This document shows positions 59,155 through 64,000 of a stretch of 64,000 nucleotides of DNA, piece by piece. The position numbers were made by a program, and so were the translations under genes. The stretch lies in the NCBI RefSeq assembly GCF_039916025.1, contig NZ_JBDSMB010000065.1, positions 2,135-66,134 on the forward strand, read 5' to 3'. This stretch comes from Flavobacterium sp. GTDB taxonomy: Bacteria; Bacteroidota; Bacteroidia; Flavobacteriales; Flavobacteriaceae. Under the pieces are notes generated by a model. The model was not told where the DNA came from, searched no databases, and saw only the letters and a program-made list of their open reading frames with translations. Numbering within the stretch: the first letter of the stretch is position 1; each line of letters starts with the position of its first letter.

Positions 59155-60459
59155 TTAATATCTCAACCACTTAATCAGTTCTCTCCAAGTTGGTTTTTTA
59201 CCATACATTAAAATTCCGACGCGGTAAATTTTGGCAGCAAACCAAACCACTCCAAGGAAGCTTCCAAACAAGATTACCATAGAAACAATAATCTGCCACA
59301 TTGGAACGCCAAAAGGAATCCGCATCATCATCACAATTGGTGATGTTAACGGAATCATTGAAAAAACTGTTGCAACAGTTCCGTTCGGATCGTTCATAAC
59401 GGTAAAAAATCCAATATAAACTCCCAATATCAAAGGCATAATGATTGGCAATAAGAATTGTTGTGAATCGGTTTCATTATCAACAGCGGCTCCAATTGAG
59501 GCGTAAAACGAACTGTATAAAAAGTAGCCGCCGATGAAATAAATAATAAAAGAAATCAGGATAGTTGCGATTGGAAGATTCCACAATTCCTTTATATACA
59601 TTTGAATTTGACTACCCGAAGCCTGCTGTGCCACCTGCATTGCCTGAGTTTCCGCACCGCCTGATGCTCCCATGTGGACTCCTAACATACTTGATACAAC
59701 AAACATTGCGGTCAAACCTAAAAGTGCCCAAATCAGAAACTGCAAAATTCCGGCTAATGAGGTTCCGATGATTTTCCCCATCATCAATTCGAATGGTTTT
59801 ACAGAGGAAATAATCACTTCGATAATTCTAGAAGTTTTTTCTTCGATAACGCTTCGCATTACCATGTTTCCATACAAAATGATAAACATCATAATCAGAT
59901 AACCAAAAGCGCCACCAATGATGATTTTGATTTCGTTTAATCCTTTGAGTGCTTCTTCACCGGATGCTTTTTCTAAATTGATTGATACATCTGCCTTGGC
60001 ATTTTTAATCGCCAACGTATCCAAGCCAGCTTTCTGGAAATTTTCTGCGGTGATTTTTTTGGCAATAACATCTTCTAAATCTTCAGTAAAAGAAACACTC
60101 GGACTGTCATTGGAAACATACTGAATTCCTTTTTGAAGTTTGGCGTTATCTTCCGTTTTGGGAATAATTAAAAGTCCTTCGTAGCTTTCGCTTACAATAC
60201 TGTCTTTAAGAACTTTTAAATCAACAGTAGATAAATCAACATATTTATATTCTTCATCGCTTTTAAACTCATTTACAAACTGACCAGTTCCATCATGGAT
60301 GGCGATGGTTTTCAATTCCGCTTTCATTGTGCTCAGATAGCCAACAAAAATGCCAATTCCAACAAACAATAACGGACTTAAAAAAGTCATTACGATAAAT
60401 GATTTATTACGCACTTTGGCAATAAACTCTCTTTTTATGATAAGTACTAATTTGCTCAT
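59155..60459 (-). CDS. ABC-2 type permease (NatB-like)
   Basis: IIKREFIAKVR, VIEEKTSRIIEVIISSVKP and LMMGKIIG motifs. Confidence 0.9.
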   Translation of the reverse strand: MSKLVLIIKREFIAKVRNKSFIVMTFLSPLLFVGIGIFVGYLSTMKAELKTIAIHDGTGQFVNEFKSDEEYKYVDLSTVDLKVLKDSIVSESYEGLLIIPKTEDNAKLQKGIQYVSNDSPSVSFTEDLEDVIAKKITAENFQKAGLDTLAIKNAKADVSINLEKASGEEALKGLNEIKIIIGGAFGYLIMMFIILYGNMVMRSVIEEKTSRIIEVIISSVKPFELMMGKIIGTSLAGILQFLIWALLGLTAMFVVSSMLGVHMGASGGAETQAMQVAQQASGSQIQMYIKELWNLPIATILISFIIYFIGGYFLYSSFYASIGAAVDNETDSQQFLLPIIMPLILGVYIGFFTVMNDPNGTVATVFSMIPLTSPIVMMMRIPFGVPMWQIIVSMVILFGSFLGVVWFAAKIYRVGILMYGKKPTWRELIKWLRY

Positions 60460-60462
60460 TTT

Positions 60463-60583
60463 TTAGACTGCTTAGATTTTTAGATTGCTTAGATTAATTA
60501 GATTATTGGGTTTCTTAGAATATTCTTTTAGAAATTTATATCTAACGTTCTAAGAAGTCTAAATGGTCTAAGTTGTCTAATCT
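60463..60583. repeat. Inverted-arm element with 8-9 nt period (TTAGA/TCTAA)
   Basis: TTAG at 60463, 60472, 60480, 60489, 60498; five TCTAA units at 60541-60583. Confidence 0.8.
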
Positions 60584-61497
60584 GTTACTGTTTTAATAAA
60601 AATATCATTCATACTCGGGATTTTTTCCACAAAATGAGTTACTTGACCTCTTTGAACTAAAGTATTCAATAAATCATTTGGCGCAGCATTGCCCAGATTG
60701 ATTTCCAGTTTCAATTCATCATTCAATGATTTAAAATCAGTTTGAGACAAGGTGAATTTTTGTGACAAATCATACATCAGACCTTCAATGTTATCGCTCA
60801 GAATTCCGACTTCATAGCTGTTCGTTCTGAACTTCTTTTTGACATCAGAAAGTTTTCCTTCAATCAGTTTATTTGATTTGTGAATTAGGGCAATGTAATC
60901 ACACATTTCTTCAACGCTTTCCATTCGGTGTGTAGAAAAGATAACAGAAGTTCCCTGTTTGTTCAATTCGATAATTTCGTCTTTGATTAAATTGGCATTT
61001 ACAGGATCAAAACCAGAAAATGGCTCGTCAAGAATAAGCAATTTTGGTTTGTGTAAAACGGTAACCACGAATTGGATTTTTTGTGCCATTCCTTTGGAGA
61101 GTTCCTGAATTTTCTTGTTCCACCAACCCTGAATTTCCAAACGGTCAAACCAGTAGTCTAATTGTTGTTTGGCATCTTGCTTTGATAAACCTTTGAGTTG
61201 CGCTAAATACAAACACTGCTCGCCTACTTTCATGGTTTTATACAAACCTCTTTCCTCGGGCATATAACCAATAACGGCAACGTGTTCTGGCTTTAGTTTT
61301 TCACCATCAAGAATTATTTCACCATGATCGGGCAAAGTAATTTGGTTGATGATTCGGATAAGGGAAGTTTTTCCGGCGCCATTTGGACCCAGAAGTCCAT
61401 AAATACTACCTTTGGGAACTGTTAAAGAAACTTCGTTAAGCGCAGTATAATTACCATATTGCTTAACGACTTTGTTTACTTCAAGAATATTGCTCAT
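60577..61497 (-). CDS. ABC transporter ATP-binding protein (NatA-like)
   Basis: GPNGAGKT, LSKGMAQK and LDEPFSGFDP motifs. Confidence 0.93.
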   Translation of the reverse strand: MSNILEVNKVVKQYGNYTALNEVSLTVPKGSIYGLLGPNGAGKTSLIRIINQITLPDHGEIILDGEKLKPEHVAVIGYMPEERGLYKTMKVGEQCLYLAQLKGLSKQDAKQQLDYWFDRLEIQGWWNKKIQELSKGMAQKIQFVVTVLHKPKLLILDEPFSGFDPVNANLIKDEIIELNKQGTSVIFSTHRMESVEEMCDYIALIHKSNKLIEGKLSDVKKKFRTNSYEVGILSDNIEGLMYDLSQKFTLSQTDFKSLNDELKLEINLGNAAPNDLLNTLVQRGQVTHFVEKIPSMNDIFIKTVTD

Positions 61498-61502
61498 ATT
61501 TT

Positions 61503-61602
61503 AAATTTCAATGTCAAATTTCAAATTTCAAATTTCAATATCAAAAATCAAAGTCAATAGTTTTTATTTTTATTGATTTTTGAGATTGCAATTGTTATTG
61601 AA
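61503..61602. repeat. Inverted-arm element with 6-7 nt period (AAATTTC/TTGA)
   Basis: aaatttc x3 plus variants; opposing arm tattgatttttgagattg. Confidence 0.7.
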
Positions 61603-61750
61603 TCTTGTAAAAGTAAGCAATAAGTAATAAAACAGAATAGTTTGTTACAAAAAAACCCACCCTAATTTTTACAAAAGGATGGGAAAAATTGCTATGAAAA
61701 AGAAGTTACCTGTTTCCAAGTAACAATCAAATATAAAAATATTTTTTAAA

Positions 61751-62875
61751 CTACGAAAACATATCCTTTACTTTTTCAAAAAAAGATTTATCGCCTTTTT
61801 CAGGTTGTGGAATAAAGTTCACATCAGTCAAAGATTTTTCAAAAAATTGACGTTGCTCTTTACTTAGGTTTTTTGGAGTCCACACATTAATATGCACTAG
61901 TAAATCTCCATTGCTATAACTATTCAGACTTGGAATTCCTTTGCCTTTTAGTCTTAAAATTTTTCCGGATTGAATTCCGTCTTCTAGTTTAATTCTTACT
62001 TTACCGTTAACAGCTTCAATATCTTTTGATACGCCAAGGGCAGCTTCAGCAAAACTGATATATAAGTCATAATGAAGATTTTCGCCTTCGCGTTTTAAAA
62101 ATTCATGTTCCAGTTCTTCTATCGCAACAATTAAATCTCCCGCAACTCCATTTCCCGGAGCATCATTTCCTTTACCTGAAACCTTTAATTGCATTCCGTC
62201 AACTACTCCAGCTGGGATTTTGATAGAAACGGTTTCGTCTTCTAAAATCATTCCGTGTGCATCTGCATTGCTAGGTTTACTTTCGATAGTCTGACCTGAA
62301 CCGCCACAAACATGACAGGTTGTAGCAGATTGCATTCTGCCTAAAATGGTATTGGTAACTCTCAAAACCTGACCTTGTCCGTTACAGGTTGTACAGGTTT
62401 TATATTTTACGCCAGCAGCCTGGACTTTACGTTTTACTTTTACTTTTTTCTCAACACCATTTGCAATTTCTTCTAATGTCAATTTTACTTTGATACGAAG
62501 ATTGCTTCCTTTCACTCTGCGTTGTCCTCCAGAATTTCCTCCGAATCCACCAAATCCACTTCCGCCAAATGCACCACCAAAAATATCTCCAAACTGACTG
62601 AAGATATCATCCATGTTCATATGATGTCCGCCACCATAACCACTTGAAGCATCAAAAGCAGCATGACCATATTGATCATATTTTGCTTTTTTGTCAGCAT
62701 CACCTAGTACTTCATAAGCCTCGGCAGCTGTTTTGAAATTGTCTTCGGCTTCTTTATTTCCCGGGTTTTTATCAGGATGGAATTCAATCGCTTTCTTGCG
62801 GTATGCTTTCTTAATTTCTTCGGGAGTTGCGTTTTTTGAAACACCTAATATTTCGTAAAAATCCTTTTTGCTCAT
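61751..62875 (-). CDS. dnaJ: Chaperone DnaJ
   Basis: J domain with HPD, G/F-rich region, CxxCxGxG zinc-finger repeats. Confidence 0.98.
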   Translation of the reverse strand: MSKKDFYEILGVSKNATPEEIKKAYRKKAIEFHPDKNPGNKEAEDNFKTAAEAYEVLGDADKKAKYDQYGHAAFDASSGYGGGHHMNMDDIFSQFGDIFGGAFGGSGFGGFGGNSGGQRRVKGSNLRIKVKLTLEEIANGVEKKVKVKRKVQAAGVKYKTCTTCNGQGQVLRVTNTILGRMQSATTCHVCGGSGQTIESKPSNADAHGMILEDETVSIKIPAGVVDGMQLKVSGKGNDAPGNGVAGDLIVAIEELEHEFLKREGENLHYDLYISFAEAALGVSKDIEAVNGKVRIKLEDGIQSGKILRLKGKGIPSLNSYSNGDLLVHINVWTPKNLSKEQRQFFEKSLTDVNFIPQPEKGDKSFFEKVKDMFS

Positions 62876-62933
62876 AATGTTTTATAAAATTTAAACGCGG
62901 TAAATGGCGTTTCTAATCCGTTGTTAATTAAAA

Positions 62934-63503
62934 TTAATTTCCAATAACAACCTTTGGAAAACGAATTATTTTATCTCCTAGTTTGTATCCTTTTTCAATT
63001 ACGTCAACAATTTTTCCTTTCAAATCATTTGATGGTGCAGGAATCTGAGTAATCGCTTCAGCATAATCTGCATTGAATGCATCGCCTGCTCTCACTTCAA
63101 CTATTTCTAATCCTTTTGAAACCAAAGTACTTTTTAATTTCTCGTGAATTAATTCAACTCCTTTTAACAAAACATCATCTTCTGATTTAGAAATTTCAAT
63201 CATTGCTCTGTCGAAATCATCCAACACTGGCAATATGGCTTGTAAAACATCCTGATTGGCAGTCTTAAATAAATCTATTCTTTCTTTTGCGGTTCTTCTT
63301 TTGAAGTTTTCAAATTCAGCAAAAAGACGAAGAAATTTATCTTTTTCATTGGCTAAATCTTCCTGTAACTTTTCCTCAACAGTTAATTCGGTAGCTGATT
63401 CAATTTCATTTACAATGTTTTCCGATGTATTTTCATCTACAATTGGTTCTTTTTCTGTATTTCCAGTATTCATTGAATTTTTATTTTTAAAAATATTTTT
63501 CAT
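62934..63503 (-). CDS. grpE: Nucleotide exchange factor GrpE (alternative start at 63473)
   Basis: LRLFAEFENFKRR, LPVLDDF and EKGYKLGDKIIRFPKVVIG motifs. Confidence 0.96.
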   Translation of the reverse strand: MKNIFKNKNSMNTGNTEKEPIVDENTSENIVNEIESATELTVEEKLQEDLANEKDKFLRLFAEFENFKRRTAKERIDLFKTANQDVLQAILPVLDDFDRAMIEISKSEDDVLLKGVELIHEKLKSTLVSKGLEIVEVRAGDAFNADYAEAITQIPAPSNDLKGKIVDVIEKGYKLGDKIIRFPKVVIGN

Positions 63504-63566
63504 ATTTGTTTTTTTCCGCTACGCTCCAAACAGTTCGGCTACGCCTCGGATGATGTTTTTTTGGTT

Positions 63567-63582
63567 TGCAAAAGTACTGCCA
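63567..63582 (-). promoter_or_regulatory. sigma54-type -24/-12 promoter for grpE-dnaJ
   Basis: TGGCAGTACTTTTGCA: GG-N10-GC spacing, one mismatch to TGGCAC-N5-TTGCW. Confidence 0.65.
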
Positions 63583-63793
63583 TTTCTTTAAAAATGTCAA
63601 ATTGTCACCTATTTTTTGTTTGACTTAAAAATTCTTAAACCATACATAAAAGTGAAACTTTAATAAAACTTTAATAAAATTTTAAGACTATAACGATTTC
63701 GTTTAGATTAAATTTGTTTCTCTAATATAAACATATATTCAATTCAGGTTAGCTTATCGCTTTAAAAATTATTAATTCAAGAATCTTTATAGT

Positions 63794-63827
63794 AAAAAAA
63801 GTGCTGTTAAACAACAGCACTTTTTTT
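63794..63827. terminator. Intrinsic terminator, bidirectional shape
   Basis: A7-GTGCTGTT-AAAC-AACAGCAC-T7. Confidence 0.85.
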
Positions 63828-63999
63828 ATGAATATAAATCAGCAACAGCTTCCTTTATTTCGGGGAATTGAAATTGAAAGCCAGCTTTAATAATCTTATC
63901 TGAACTTATATTTTTACTGGAAAAAAGCAGATAGCTCATTTCGCCTAGGAGCAGCTTCATTAAAAACTGTGGAATATTGGGTAGAAAAAGTGGTTTTTT
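63826..63999 (-). CDS. C-terminal end of a TIGR01777/YfcH-like NAD-dependent epimerase (partial)
   Basis: KKPLFLPNIPQFLMKLLLGEMSYLLFSSKNISSDKIIKAGFQFQFPEI..*. Confidence 0.8.
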   Translation of the reverse strand, partial: KKPLFLPNIPQFLMKLLLGEMSYLLFSSKNISSDKIIKAGFQFQFPEIKEAVADLYS

Positions 64000-64000
64000 C

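Noticed and set aside
63516-63550. GCTACGC direct repeats (and a similar motif at 19281-19308) as a REP family
   Set aside because: Too short and degenerate to define from this window.
1-64000. tRNA, rRNA, transposase, integrase or prophage genes
   Set aside because: None recognised; intergenic gaps are short and explained by terminators and repeats.

Overview
AT-rich Bacteroidota chromosome segment, very likely Flavobacterium, judged from gene content, TAnnTTTG promoters and T9SS cargo. The backbone is mostly housekeeping: folE, cysS, yidD, lgt, rluD, ddl, coaD, pyrE, an LTA synthase, a fatty-acid beta-oxidation operon, mlaEFD, sdaA, tamB plus a lipidated Omp85, a kdp operon with a sigma54-type regulator, an ABC-2 exporter and grpE-dnaJ. 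The main finding is at 12977-19220: co-oriented accessory genes are separated by attC-like elements. Two complete elements each have exactly 117 nt between AAC and GTT cores and share a covarying stem. The sequences flanking each core match the far end of the same gene block rather than the adjacent core. This resembles a non-canonical integron-like cassette array, with no integrase in the window. A second pattern is a set of intergenic inverted arms built from 7-9 nt tandem units at operon junctions. One pair encloses a four-helix-bundle gene and a near-identical pair is empty. Other observations: a duplicated ddl 3' end flanking an inserted gene, a DEAD-box helicase broken by one in-frame TGA, two small hydrophobic ORFs ahead of kdpA, and a sigma54 -24/-12 motif upstream of grpE. 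All calls come from manual reading; no database searches were run.
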